Assembly (NCBI GenBank): GCA_937975765.1
Contig: CALJUR010000121.1
Coordinates: 92,296 to 156,295, forward strand
Length of the DNA stretch: 64,000 nucleotides
Direction of reading: 5' to 3'
Origin: an uncultured Myxococcales bacterium
Lineage (GTDB): Bacteria; Myxococcota_A; UBA9042; DTJE01
In this document: in pieces, positions 36,886 to 55,501 of the stretch
Layout: the number at the start of each line of letters is the position of its first letter
Numbering within the stretch: the stretch's first letter is position 1
Notes under the pieces: generated by a model
Database searches by the model: none
What the model saw: only the letters and a program-made list of their open reading frames with translations
What the model was told of the DNA's origin: nothing
Made by a program: the position numbers and the translations under genes

Positions 36886-37782
36886 GTGTCCGCGACCGAC
36901 CGGTTCGACGCCATCGACCGCCGCCTGCGGGCCATCGAGGCCGACCCCCTGGCCGGCCTCGACCGGGTCTGCCTGGCCGCCCGGGCGATCCTGAAGGAGG
37001 CCCGGCTGCGGCAGCAGGGGTGGCTGCCGGACGTCGCGGTCGTGCTGGGCTCGGGCCTGTCGGGTTTCGAGCGGCGCGTCCAGCCCCTGTGCGTCCTGCC
37101 CTACCGGGTCGCAAGCCTGCCCGAGCCGACCGTGCCCGGCCACGCCGGCCAGCTGGTGCTGGGGACGCTGAAGGACCGCCGCTTGGCGGTGCTGGCCGGC
37201 CGGATCCACACGTACGAGGGCCACGACATGGCGACGGCCTGCGTCGCGGTCCGGACGATGGCCCTGCTGGGCACGCCCATCCTCCTGGCGTCGAACGCCG
37301 CCGGGGGGCTGAACCCCGCCTTCCAGGTCGGCGACCTGATGGCGCTGTCCGACCACGTCAACCTGATGGGCGGCAACCCGCTGCGCGGCCCGAACGCCGA
37401 GGCGCTGGGCCCGCGGTTCCCCGACATGACGCGCGCCTACGACCCGCGGATCCGCGACGCCTTCCGGGACGCCGCGACCCGCCTGGGCCAGCCGCTGCAC
37501 GAGGGGGTGTACCTGGGCACGTCGGGTCCCTCGTACGAGACCCCGGCCGAGATCCGCGCCTTCCGGATCCTGGGCGCCGACGCGGTCGGGATGTCCACGG
37601 TGCCCGAGGTGATCGCGGCGAACCACGCGGGCATGCGGGTCGGCGCGGTGTCGGTGATCACGAACCTCGCGGCCGGCCTGGGCCAGGACGCGCTGTCGCA
37701 CGACGAGGTCAAGCAGGTCGGCCTGACCGCCGGGGCCCGCCTGTCCGCGCTGTTCGAGGCCACGCTGGAGGTCCTGCCATGA
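36886..37782 (+). CDS. punA: purine nucleoside phosphorylase (trimeric PNP-I / PunA type)
   Basis: It is close to mammalian/PunA PNP across the whole length (VVLGSGLSG, HAGQLVLG, NAAGGLNP, GPSYETPAE, GMSTVPEV). The start is a GTG. Confidence 0.85.
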   Translation: MSATDRFDAIDRRLRAIEADPLAGLDRVCLAARAILKEARLRQQGWLPDVAVVLGSGLSGFERRVQPLCVLPYRVASLPEPTVPGHAGQLVLGTLKDRRLAVLAGRIHTYEGHDMATACVAVRTMALLGTPILLASNAAGGLNPAFQVGDLMALSDHVNLMGGNPLRGPNAEALGPRFPDMTRAYDPRIRDAFRDAATRLGQPLHEGVYLGTSGPSYETPAEIRAFRILGADAVGMSTVPEVIAANHAGMRVGAVSVITNLAAGLGQDALSHDEVKQVGLTAGARLSALFEATLEVLP

Positions 37783-38207
37783 CCCCGTTGGACGACCCGC
37801 ACGCCCCGCTGCTGGCCGCCGCCCGCGCCGCCCTGGCGAACGCCTACGCCCCCTACTCCGGCTTCCGGGTGGGCGCGGCCGTGGCCGGGGCCTCCGGGGC
37901 CATCCACGCCGGCTGCAACGTCGAGAACGCCTCCTACCCGGTCTCCCTTTGCGCCGAGCGCGGCGCCATCGCAGCGGCCGTCGCGGCCGGCGAGCGTCGC
38001 CTGGCCGCCGTGGCGATCGTCACGGCCTCCGGGGACCCCTGCCCGCCGTGCGGCATGTGCCGGCAGGCCCTGGCCGAGTTCGGACCCGACATGCTGGTGA
38101 TCCTGGTCTCGTCCGACGGCCGCGAGGTCCGGCACCGCTTGTCCGACCTCCTCCCCGCCGCCTTCGGCCCCGGCTTCCTGGGTCCCCGGGATGGAGAGAC
38201 GCGATGA
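37779..38207 (+). CDS. cdd: cytidine deaminase
   Basis: The zinc motifs are CAERGAI and PCPPCGMCRQ. Its ATG overlaps the PNP stop (ATGA). Confidence 0.85.
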   Translation: MTPLDDPHAPLLAAARAALANAYAPYSGFRVGAAVAGASGAIHAGCNVENASYPVSLCAERGAIAAAVAAGERRLAAVAIVTASGDPCPPCGMCRQALAEFGPDMLVILVSSDGREVRHRLSDLLPAAFGPGFLGPRDGETR

Positions 38208-39592
38208 CCGACACCTCGCCCCCTCCGCGGCAGGACTCGGGCCTCCTGCTGAGGCCCTCGTCCGGTCCCCGCCCCCTCTTCCTGCGGGGCGGCACCGTGC
38301 TGACGATGGACCCGTACGACACCGTGCTGGACGGCGACGTCCTGCTGCAGGACGGGCGGATCGTCGCGATCGGCCCGTACCTGACGCCCCCCGACGGCGC
38401 CGAGGTACTGGACGCCACGGGATGCTGGGTGCTGCCCGGCTTCGTGCAGACCCACGTTCACCTGTGCCAGACGCTGTGGCGCAACCTGGCCGACGACATC
38501 CCGCTGATGGAATGGCTGCGCCGCTGGACCTGGCCGCTGGAGGCCGCCCACGACGAGGCGACGATCCGGGCCTCCAGCCGGCTGGGCGCGGCCGAGTTGC
38601 TGCTGTCCGGCACCACCACGATCAACGACATGGGGACGGTCCGGCACACCAGCGTCATCATCCGGAACGCGCTGGAAATGGGCCTTCGCGGCGTATTCAG
38701 CAAGGTCCTGATGGACCTGCACGACGGCCCGGCGGCCCTGTCCGAGGACCCCGACGACGCCCTGGCCCAGTCGATGGTCCTGGCCGAACGCTGCGGCGCC
38801 ACGAACGGCCGTGCCCGGTTCGCGCTGGCCCCCCGCTTCGCCGTCTCTTCGTCGATGCACCTCCTGGAGGGCGTGGCCGTCGCCTCGAAGGCGTCCGGAA
38901 TGAAGGTCCATACGCACTGCGCCGAGACCGAGGAGGAGGTCCGCCTGACGGTCGAGCGGTTCGGGTGCCCGCCGGTCGCGCTGTTCCAGCAGACGGGGCT
39001 GCTGGGCCCGGACCTGCTGCTGGCGCACTGCGTCCACGTGGACGCGGACGGGATCCGGCGGCTGGCCGAATCGGGGACCTCGGTGCTGCACTGCCCGTCC
39101 GCCAACCTCAAGCTGGGCTCGGGGATCGCGCCCGTTCCCGCGATGCTTCAGGCCGGCGTCCGGGTGACGCTGGGGGCCGACGGCGCGCCGTGCAACAACA
39201 ACCTGGACGCCTTCCAGGAGATGCGGACGGCGGCCCTGGTGCAGAAGGCGCTGCACGGCCCCACCGCGATGCCGGCCGGGACGGTCCTGCGGATGGCCAC
39301 CATCGAGGGGGCGAAGGCGCTGGGAATGGACTCGGACGTCGGGTCGATCGAGAAGGGCAAGCGGGCCGACGTGCAGGTGCTGGATCGACGGCGCGTCCAC
39401 TGCCAGCCCGCGGAGGATCCGGCCGGCGCGATCGTCTACTCGATGGGCCGCGACAACGTGCGGCACGTGATCGTGGACGGGCGAACGGTGGTGCGGGACG
39501 GCGACCTGCTGACCGCGAACGTGCCCGATCTCCTTCGCGACGCCGACGATGCCCTGCTGCGCCTGCGCCGGAACGTCCGGCTGGTGAAGTGA
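38204..39592 (+). CDS. amidohydrolase-superfamily nucleoside/nucleobase deaminase (MtaD / TRZ-ATZ-like)
   Basis: The metal-binding motifs are GFVQTHVHL and HTHCAETEEE. Its ATG overlaps the cdd stop (ATGA). Confidence 0.7.
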   Translation: MTDTSPPPRQDSGLLLRPSSGPRPLFLRGGTVLTMDPYDTVLDGDVLLQDGRIVAIGPYLTPPDGAEVLDATGCWVLPGFVQTHVHLCQTLWRNLADDIPLMEWLRRWTWPLEAAHDEATIRASSRLGAAELLLSGTTTINDMGTVRHTSVIIRNALEMGLRGVFSKVLMDLHDGPAALSEDPDDALAQSMVLAERCGATNGRARFALAPRFAVSSSMHLLEGVAVASKASGMKVHTHCAETEEEVRLTVERFGCPPVALFQQTGLLGPDLLLAHCVHVDADGIRRLAESGTSVLHCPSANLKLGSGIAPVPAMLQAGVRVTLGADGAPCNNNLDAFQEMRTAALVQKALHGPTAMPAGTVLRMATIEGAKALGMDSDVGSIEKGKRADVQVLDRRRVHCQPAEDPAGAIVYSMGRDNVRHVIVDGRTVVRDGDLLTANVPDLLRDADDALLRLRRNVRLVK

Positions 39593-39600
39593 AGGGAAGT

Positions 39601-39622
39601 GGCGGGGGACAGGGCCCCCGCC
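39601..39622. terminator. GC-rich hairpin between convergent genes (GGCGGGGG-acaggg-CCCCCGCC)
   Basis: A perfect 8-bp stem with a 6-nt loop starts 9 nt after the deaminase stop. No U-tract follows. It could act on both convergent transcripts. Confidence 0.4.
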
Positions 39623-39656
39623 CTGCATGAGGTGCGCCCGGGGCGGGTAACGGGGG

Positions 39657-40202
39657 CTACAGGCGGCCGTACTGGCGCAGTGCCGCCAGGGTCTTCGCCC
39701 CGATGCCGGACGCGTCCGCCAGGTCGGTGTACGAGTCCCACCGGCCGCGCTCCAGCCTCGCCTTCAGGATCCTCGTCGCGGTCGCCTGCCCCACGCCGGG
39801 AATCGCGACCAGGTCCTGCAGCCCGCACTCGTTCAGCGGGATCGGGACGCCCAGCGCGACCATCTGGTCGCCCGCCATCCACCCCGTCGACACGCTCCCG
39901 TCGTCCTCCAGCGTGACGCTGCGCCCCGTCTCCAGCACCGTCATCCCGTGGCCGCCGCTTCTCGCGGGCATCCGGGCCGCGCGCAGCAGGTCCTGCATCC
40001 GGGACCCGGCCGGCATCCGGTAGATCGCGGTGCCGGTGCCGGGCGCCTCCAGTTGCACGTAGACCACCGCGTCCACCCCGGCCTGCGCCGGCGACAGCAC
40101 CACCCACGACGCCGCGAAGATGCCTCCCGCCGCGACGATCGCGGCCAGCACCAGGCTCCACAGAAGGCGTGACAGGTCGCGCGTTTCCCGCTGCCTCGAC
40201 AT
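39657..40202 (-). CDS. ComEA-like helix-hairpin-helix DNA-binding protein
   Basis: It has one N-terminal transmembrane helix, a central SLBB-like region, and a C-terminal HhH (LNECGLQDLVAIPGVGQATATRILKAR...SGIGAKTLAAL). GGAGGGAGGG lies upstream of the ATG. Confidence 0.65.
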   Translation of the reverse strand: MSRQRETRDLSRLLWSLVLAAIVAAGGIFAASWVVLSPAQAGVDAVVYVQLEAPGTGTAIYRMPAGSRMQDLLRAARMPARSGGHGMTVLETGRSVTLEDDGSVSTGWMAGDQMVALGVPIPLNECGLQDLVAIPGVGQATATRILKARLERGRWDSYTDLADASGIGAKTLAALRQYGRL

Positions 40203-40331
40203 GGTCCCTCCCTCCGGACGAACGATTCGTGGACGCCGATCTATCGGCACGTCGCGCCGTCCGGTTTAGACGGGCAGGGAAATCCACGGAAGATGCAGGG
40301 GAATCATTCGCCTGGGGGGAACGGGGGCCGG

Positions 40332-44480
<4,149 letters not shown>

Positions 44481-44559
44481 TGGACACCTCCGGTCAATCA
44501 CACGCATCGGCCGCCGGCGGTCGACCGGCGGTCGTCGAACACCCCTTCACGGGAACGTC

Positions 44560-48696
<4,137 letters not shown>

Positions 48697-49023
48697 CCTG
48701 GCCCTTCTCCGCTGAGAGGGATGGAGCGAACGATGTCAGCGATGCCGATCAACCGCACCGCCCTGGTTCCCCGGGTCGATCGCGTCCACGACGCGCCGGC
48801 CCGCTTGCCCTCGCCTGGGCGCCCGGCAGTGCACCGGACGCCTTCGGCGCCAGCCCCGGGTCACGGGCGTGACCCCTGGGCGCCCCCGTGGGGAGGCAGT
48901 CGACTCGGGCCGGCCCCGGATCGCTCCGGGACCGGCCCTCGTCCTCCCGAACGTGGCGCGAGCCGGAAGCCTGCATCGCGGCCGTGGGCCGGACGCGCGC
49001 TTCCGCGCACCCGCGTTTCAAGA

Positions 49024-49059
49024 AACAGGACGCCTGGGCCCGTGCGGGCCCGTGCGGCC
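49024..49059 (-). terminator. putative rplL-rpoB attenuator: tandem 10-nt repeat (GGCCCGTGCG x2 on the + strand) forming a GC hairpin followed by CCUGUUUCUU on the transcript
   Basis: A direct repeat and palindrome GGGCCC-GCAC-GGGCCC sit immediately after the rplL stop. The only U-rich run in a 360-nt GC-rich spacer follows it. The position matches the known rplL-rpoB attenuator. Confidence 0.4.
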
Positions 49060-49452
49060 CTACTTGATCTCGATCGTCGCGCCGGCGGCCTCGAGCTTCT
49101 TCTTGATGTCCTCGGCCTCGGCCTTGGACACGGCCTCCTTGACCGTCTTCGGCGCGGACTCGACCAGTTCCTTCGCCTCGCGCAGGCCCAGGCTGGACAC
49201 GATGCCGCGGATCTCCTTGATGACCGCGACGCGCTTGTCGGCCGCGACGTCCTTCAGGATGACGTCGAACTCGGTCTTCTCCTCGACCGGGGCCGCCGCC
49301 TCGGCCGGGGCCGCCGCCGCAACCGCCATCGCGACCGGCGCCGCCGCCGTCACGCCCCACGCCGCCTCGAGCTCCTTGGTCAGCTCGGACAGTTCCAGGA
49401 CCGTCAGCCCGCTCAGATACGCCTTGACCTGCTCCCGAGTGATCTCCGCCAT
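49060..49452 (-). CDS. rplL: 50S ribosomal protein L7/L12
   Basis: The product reads [34 protein letters not shown]...[12 protein letters not shown]. Confidence 0.95.
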   Translation of the reverse strand: MAEITREQVKAYLSGLTVLELSELTKELEAAWGVTAAAPVAMAVAAAAPAEAAAPVEEKTEFDVILKDVAADKRVAVIKEIRGIVSSLGLREAKELVESAPKTVKEAVSKAEAEDIKKKLEAAGATIEIK

Positions 49453-49514
49453 CTTCTTCGCTCCTTGTGTGTTGTTCCCGCGTCAGGCAGGAACCAGCCC
49501 CGCAGGGCCGTACC

Positions 49515-50042
49515 TTACGCCGCCTGCTCCGACAACTGCCGCTCGCGAGCCGCCAGGACGCCCACGAAATCCCGTGCCGGCGCCTGCAGGACGCCGAGGA
49601 ACTTCTTGGGCACGCCGACCAGCGCGCCGAGCAGCATCCCCTTGAGGACGTCCGCCGAGGGGAGGGCCGCCAGCGCCTTCAGCTGCGCCTCTCCCATCGG
49701 GCTGGTCCCCAGGCTGCCGCCCACCACCTGAACCTTGGCCACGCCCTTCAGGAGCGTGGTCAACGCCTTCGCGAACGCCGCCGGGTCCTCGTTGGTGTAT
49801 GCCACCGTCAGGGGACCCTTCAGCGAATCCGCGAAGAAGGCCCAAGGCGTCCCTTCCACAGCACGCGCGAACATGGTGTTCTTGATCACGCGGAAATGGC
49901 CGCCTTCCTTGCGGAGGGCACGCCGCATCGACGTGTTCGTCTCCATGTTCAGCCCGTTCTGGGCCAGGAGCACCATGGCCTTGGCGGAGTTGAGGATGTC
50001 CGACAACTCCGCGACCGCCGCCTTCTTCTGCTCCAGGTTCAT
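49515..50042 (-). CDS. rplJ: 50S ribosomal protein L10
   Basis: The product reads [31 protein letters not shown]... and is full length. Confidence 0.95.
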   Translation of the reverse strand: MNLEQKKAAVAELSDILNSAKAMVLLAQNGLNMETNTSMRRALRKEGGHFRVIKNTMFARAVEGTPWAFFADSLKGPLTVAYTNEDPAAFAKALTTLLKGVAKVQVVGGSLGTSPMGEAQLKALAALPSADVLKGMLLGALVGVPKKFLGVLQAPARDFVGVLAARERQLSEQAA

Positions 50043-50267
50043 CGTCTCATCTCCAATCGCGAGACTCCCGGGCCAGCGGCTGCCCTCAGGCAGGGGGAGG
50101 GGGACAACACACGTACGTGCTTCCCGAATCCACCGCCTCCGCCGGTCCTACCCGCCCCCTGCCGGGAGCGGCGCCGACTTCTCGGGCAGCTCGAACACAA
50201 CCCCGTCCGGCGCCTTCGCATCGCGCCGCGCGGGGATCGGAACCAGGTTCTCAACGGAACACGGGCC
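50043..50267 (-). promoter_or_regulatory. rplJ leader region (expected L10(L12)4 autoregulatory leader)
   Basis: A 225-nt untranslated spacer lies between rplA and rplJ. This is the conserved position of the L10 leader. No motif was verified. Confidence 0.35.
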
Positions 50268-50975
50268 TCACTTCGAGGCCTTCAGCGCCACTTCCACGTC
50301 CGACGGGTCGATCCGGATGCCGGGGCCCATCGTGCAGGACATCGTCACGCTCTTCACGTACGTGCCCTTGACCGTGGACGGCTTCAGCTTCAGCAGCGTC
50401 TCGGCGATCGCCAGGAAGTTGTCCTTCAACTGCTGCGGCGTGAAGGACCTGCGGCCGATCGTCGTGTGGATGATGCCGTTCTTGTCGACGCGGAACTCGA
50501 CCTTGCCGGCCTTCGACTCGCGGACGGCGCGACCGACGTCCATCGTGACCGTGCCGACCTTCGGGTTCGGCATCAGGCCGCGGGTGCCCAGCAGCTTGCC
50601 CAGCTTGCCGACCAGGCCCATCATGTCGGGCGTCGCGATCGCCTTGTCGAACTCGAACCATCCGGTCTTGATCTTCTCGGCCAGGTCCTCGGCGCCCACG
50701 AAGTCGGCGCCGGCGTCCTGGGCCTCCTTGGCCTTGTCGGCCTTGGCGAAGACCAGCACGCGGGTGACCTTGCCGGTACCGGCCGGCATGACGCACGCGC
50801 CGCGGACCATCTGGTCGGCGTGCTTGGGGTTGACGCCCAGCCGCACCGCGATGTCCACCGACTCGTCGAACTTGGCGAAACCGGTCTTGCCGACCAGGTT
50901 CACCGCCTCCTCGATCGTGATCTTCTTCTCGCGATCGACCAGGCCCAGGGCCGCCTTGAACTTCTTGTCAGGCAT
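50268..50975 (-). CDS. rplA: 50S ribosomal protein L1
   Basis: The product reads [28 protein letters not shown]... and is full length. Confidence 0.95.
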   Translation of the reverse strand: MPDKKFKAALGLVDREKKITIEEAVNLVGKTGFAKFDESVDIAVRLGVNPKHADQMVRGACVMPAGTGKVTRVLVFAKADKAKEAQDAGADFVGAEDLAEKIKTGWFEFDKAIATPDMMGLVGKLGKLLGTRGLMPNPKVGTVTMDVGRAVRESKAGKVEFRVDKNGIIHTTIGRRSFTPQQLKDNFLAIAETLLKLKPSTVKGTYVKSVTMSCTMGPGIRIDPSDVEVALKASK

Positions 50976-51016
50976 CCTATGTGCTCCTCGCCTCCCTCAG
51001 GCAGGCCGCATGGTGG

Positions 51017-51442
51017 CTAATCCACCACCTCGATGCCCATGGAACGGGCCGTGCCAGCCACGGTCCGCATGGCGCCTTCGAGGTCCACGGCGTAGAGGTC
51101 CGGCATCTTCACCTGCGCGATCTTCGCCACCTGCTCCTTCGTGATCTTCCCGACCTTGTCGCGGCCGGGAGCCGTGGAGCCCTTCTCCAGGCCGGCCGCC
51201 TTGCGGACCTGCTCGGAGACGGGGGCCGTCTTGGTGACGAAGGTGAACGAACGGTCCGAGAAGACCGTGATCACGACCGGGACGGTGGAGTCGCCCAGGG
51301 AGGCCGTTCGGGCGTTGAACGCCTTGCAGAACTCCATGATGTTCGCGCCGGCCTGGCCCAGCGCCGGTCCGACCGGGGGCTGGGGCGACGCCTTGCCCGC
51401 CTTGATGTGCAGCTTGATCTGACCGACGATCTTCTTTCCCAT
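51017..51442 (-). CDS. rplK: 50S ribosomal protein L11
   Basis: The product reads [32 protein letters not shown]... Confidence 0.95.
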   Translation of the reverse strand: MGKKIVGQIKLHIKAGKASPQPPVGPALGQAGANIMEFCKAFNARTASLGDSTVPVVITVFSDRSFTFVTKTAPVSEQVRKAAGLEKGSTAPGRDKVGKITKEQVAKIAQVKMPDLYAVDLEGAMRTVAGTARSMGIEVVD

Positions 51443-51454
51443 GGTGGCTCTCTC

Positions 51455-51991
51455 CTAGACCCGCTCGACCTGGTTGAAGTCCAATTCGACCGGAGTAGCG
51501 CGACCGAAGATGGTGACCAGGACGCGGACCTTCCGCTTCTCGGCCTTGACCTCCTCGATGATCCCCGAGAAGTTCACGAACGGCCCGTCCTTGATCCGGA
51601 CCGCCATCCCCTCCTCGAACTGCACCTCGGCCACGGGCCGGACCTGCCCCTGCTCCATCTGGTGCCGGATCTGGTCGACTTCCTTCTCGGACAGCGGCCG
51701 CGGGCCGCGATCGTTCCCCACGAATCCCGTCACGTTCGGACGGTGACGGATGAAGTGGTGCGTCTCGTCGTTCAGGTCCATCTGGACCAGGATGTAGCCC
51801 GGGAAGAACTTCCGACGGCCGCCGGGGCGCTTCTTCTCGCCTTCCGCGGGCGGGGGCTCCATCGGGACGATGATCTCCCCGATGTGCTCGAACACGGTCG
51901 GACCCTCGCGCTTCATCTGGTCAAGGATGTCGGCCTTGACCTTCTGCTCGAAGCCCGAATAGGTGTGGACCACGAACCACTTCATCGGCAT
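51455..51991 (-). CDS. nusG: transcription termination/antitermination factor NusG
   Basis: It has the NGN domain (WFVVHTYSGFEQKV) and a KOW motif (VRIKDGPFVNFSGIIEEV). Confidence 0.95.
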   Translation of the reverse strand: MPMKWFVVHTYSGFEQKVKADILDQMKREGPTVFEHIGEIIVPMEPPPAEGEKKRPGGRRKFFPGYILVQMDLNDETHHFIRHRPNVTGFVGNDRGPRPLSEKEVDQIRHQMEQGQVRPVAEVQFEEGMAVRIKDGPFVNFSGIIEEVKAEKRKVRVLVTIFGRATPVELDFNQVERV

Positions 51992-52004
51992 GTCCGACTC
52001 GGCC

Positions 52005-52382
52005 TCACAGGCGGTAGATGACGCTGGTCAACGCACCGATGACCGCGTCGAACAGGCCCAGGATCGCCGAGACCACGACCGTCGTCACGATGACGACGAT
52101 GGTGGAGACGCGCGTCTCAGGCCACGTGGGCCAGGTCACGTTGCGCAACTCGCTCGCGACCTCCAGGCCGAACTTGTTGATCGGCTCCGAGAACCACAGG
52201 TACAGCACCGATCCGACACCGACCAGCAGGCCCAGCAGGTCGCTGACCGCGAACCGCACGCCCAGCAGGGGCCGGTTCAGGTTCGGATTGATCCAGTCGA
52301 TCACGGTGCCGAAGAAGGCCGCCACCAGGACCCACACCAGGATCCCGATCACCATGAACGAGAGGCGAACGTATTTGTCCAA
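52005..52382 (-). CDS. secE: preprotein translocase subunit SecE (three-transmembrane long form)
   Basis: It has three hydrophobic helices and the conserved C-terminal ELRNVTWPTW...V amphipathic helix and transmembrane segment. It sits in the canonical tRNA-Trp-secE-nusG context. Confidence 0.85.
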   Translation of the reverse strand: MDKYVRLSFMVIGILVWVLVAAFFGTVIDWINPNLNRPLLGVRFAVSDLLGLLVGVGSVLYLWFSEPINKFGLEVASELRNVTWPTWPETRVSTIVVIVTTVVVSAILGLFDAVIGALTSVIYRL

Positions 52383-52429
52383 CGGGGCCCCCTCGTCAAA
52401 TCACCGGTCGTCCGTCGACCGGCCTCACT

Positions 52430-52505
52430 GGCAGGGCAGGAGGGATTCGAACCCCCAACCCGCGGTTTTGGAGACCGCTGCTCTACCGTTAGAGCTACTG
52501 CCCTG
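52430..52505 (-). tRNA. trnW: tRNA-Trp (anticodon CCA), 3' CCA encoded
   Basis: It forms a cloverleaf: acceptor AGGGCAG/CTGCCCT, anticodon loop CTCCAAA, T-arm GGGGGTTCGAATCCCTC. Confidence 0.85.
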
Positions 52506-52564
52506 TCGAGGCCCGCCCGTTCCCGGGCCGGCCCCGCAATGCCGGCAGCCCGCCACCCCAGGGA

Positions 52565-52747
52565 CTACTTCACTTCCTTGAAGGTGGTGTGCTTGCGCTC
52601 GAACTTGCAGTACTTCTTGATCTCCAGCCGGGCGGTCGTGGTCTTCTTGTTCTTCTCGGTCGCGTAGCGCGCCACGCCCGGGAGACCGCTCTTGCGGCAC
52701 GACTGGCATTCCAGCTGGATGTTGACCCGGTTTTCCTTCTTCGCCAT
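52565..52747 (-). CDS. rpmG: 50S ribosomal protein L33
   Basis: The product reads MAKKENRVNIQLECQSCRKSG...KYCKFERKHTTFKEVK. Confidence 0.9.
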   Translation of the reverse strand: MAKKENRVNIQLECQSCRKSGLPGVARYATEKNKKTTTARLEIKKYCKFERKHTTFKEVK

Positions 52748-52814
52748 CGTTCGTCTCCCGGGGCCCGCGACGCCCTCGCGGTCGCCGCGGACTGCCCGTC
52801 AGGTCAAGAACACG

Positions 52815-54008
<1,194 letters not shown>

Positions 54009-54088
54009 GACCCTTCCTCCTCAGGTTTCCGTCCCAACCAACACGACCGGCCTCTCCGGTCGCCTGACCGGAACCGGGCCTGCTCACC

Positions 54089-54163
54089 GGAGCCTTCGAT
54101 CGGAATCGAACCGATGACCCCGTCCTTACCAAGGACGTGCTCTGCCGACTGAGCTACGAAGGC
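54089..54163 (-). tRNA. tRNA-Thr (anticodon GGT); CCA not fully encoded
   Basis: Acceptor GCCTTCG/CGAAGGC, anticodon loop TTGGTAA, T-loop GGTTCGATTCC. Confidence 0.8.
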
Positions 54164-54188
54164 CTAACTCACGCCCGGCCCTTGCGCA

Positions 54189-54263
54189 GGAGCGGGAAAC
54201 GGGATTCGAACCCGCGACGTCGAGCTTGGAAGGCTCGCGCTCTACCAACTGAGCTATTCCCGC
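54189..54263 (-). tRNA. tRNA-Gly (anticodon TCC)
   Basis: Acceptor GCGGGAA/TTCCCGC, anticodon loop CTTCCAA, T-loop GGTTCGAATCC. Confidence 0.8.
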
Positions 54264-54346
54264 CCGAGTACGGACCCGTCCTTCCCAGGACCGAGTACCG
54301 TGAAATTCAAAGAACCGCGAACCCAGGCACCGCGACAACCGTTCAG

Positions 54347-54429
54347 TGGAGGGGGGAGGATTCGAACCTCCGAAGCCTACTGGCGGCAGATTTACAGTCT
54401 GATCCCTTTGACCACTCGGGAACCCCTCC
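54347..54429 (-). tRNA. tRNA-Tyr (anticodon GTA) with a long variable arm
   Basis: Acceptor GGAGGGG/CCCCTCC, anticodon loop CTGTAAA, long variable stem CGCCAGTAGGCTTCGG. Confidence 0.8.
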
Positions 54430-54456
54430 GCGCCGAAAACGCGCGCCCTCGGCGGG

Positions 54457-54529
54457 AGCTGGCGACGGGAATCGAACCCACAACCGCCTGATTACAAATC
54501 AGGTGCTCTGCCGATTGAGCTACGCCAGC
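54457..54529 (-). tRNA. tRNA-Thr (anticodon TGT)
   Basis: Acceptor GCTGGCG/CGCCAGC, anticodon loop TTTGTAA, T-loop GGTTCGATTCC. Confidence 0.8.
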
Positions 54530-54756
54530 CTGCAAAGAACCAGCCCCTTCAAAGGGCGATTGATTATGGTGGACGAGGGCGATCCTGTCAATCGCTTTTT
54601 TCGTCCGGGCGGCCAGGCCGCGGACGGGGAGGATGCGTCAGAACCGCGCCGTTGTCAAGCCCTGTCTTGCGGCCGGGCGCCTGCCTTTCCCCCGCCGCCT
54701 TGGTACCCGTCCGCCGCGTCGTGTAGACTGGGGCCGTCCCGAAAGAGGAGGGCGCC

Positions 54757-55464
54757 GTGCGCTGGTCGATGCCGTCAACACTGTTCGCGGTGGCCGTTCT
54801 GGCCATCCCCGCCTGCAAGGGGGACAAGAGCCTCTGCGACCGGGTGGAGGACCGGCTGCGCGACTGCGGCCTTCTGTCCGAGGGGCGGTTCGAGTGCCAG
54901 GAGTTCGAGATCGACGAGTGGGACTGCCTGGTGAACTGCGAACTGGACGCGACGTGCGAGGAGATCCGGGCGATCGAGTGCGACGACGAGAAGGTCGCTT
55001 CCGTCACGGAATGCCAGCAGGACTGCATGAAGAGACTGGGGTTCACCTGCAAGGACGGGTCCGAGGTGCTCCTCGGCCTGCAGCGATGCGACGGCGACGA
55101 GGATTGCGACGACGGCTCGGACGAGGCGGACTGCCCGACCTTCCAGTGCAAGGACGGGAAGGCCACGGTGATGCAGTACCAGACCTGCGACTGGCGCGAG
55201 GACTGCGACGACGGCTCGGACGAGGCCGGCTGTCCCGGGTTCGTATGCGCGAACGGCAACCGGGTGACCGCGGACTCGGTCTGCAACGGCCGCCGGGACT
55301 GCCTGGACAACTCGGACGAGGCCGGCTGCCCGGTGTTCACGTGCCGGGACGGCAAGCAGGAGATCTCCGAGGCCCTGCACTGCGACGGCGACGAGGACTG
55401 CGACGACGGCTCGGACGAGGCCGGCTGCCCGCCCGTCGCCGAACTGGTCTGCCCTTCGTCGTAG
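54757..55464 (+). CDS. lipoprotein with four LDL-receptor class A-like (CDGxxDCxDGSDExxC) modules
   Basis: The lipobox is LFAVAVLAIPACKG. Four repeats match the LDLa calcium-cage consensus (CDGDEDCDDGSDEADC, CDWREDCDDGSDEAGC, CNGRRDCLDNSDEAGC, CDGDEDCDDGSDEAGC). The start is a GTG with AGGAGGG 5 nt upstream. Confidence 0.7.
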   Translation: MRWSMPSTLFAVAVLAIPACKGDKSLCDRVEDRLRDCGLLSEGRFECQEFEIDEWDCLVNCELDATCEEIRAIECDDEKVASVTECQQDCMKRLGFTCKDGSEVLLGLQRCDGDEDCDDGSDEADCPTFQCKDGKATVMQYQTCDWREDCDDGSDEAGCPGFVCANGNRVTADSVCNGRRDCLDNSDEAGCPVFTCRDGKQEISEALHCDGDEDCDDGSDEAGCPPVAELVCPSS

Positions 55465-55501
55465 CGCCCAGGGAATTGCAGGCGGAGGACGGGGCCCTGC
55501 C

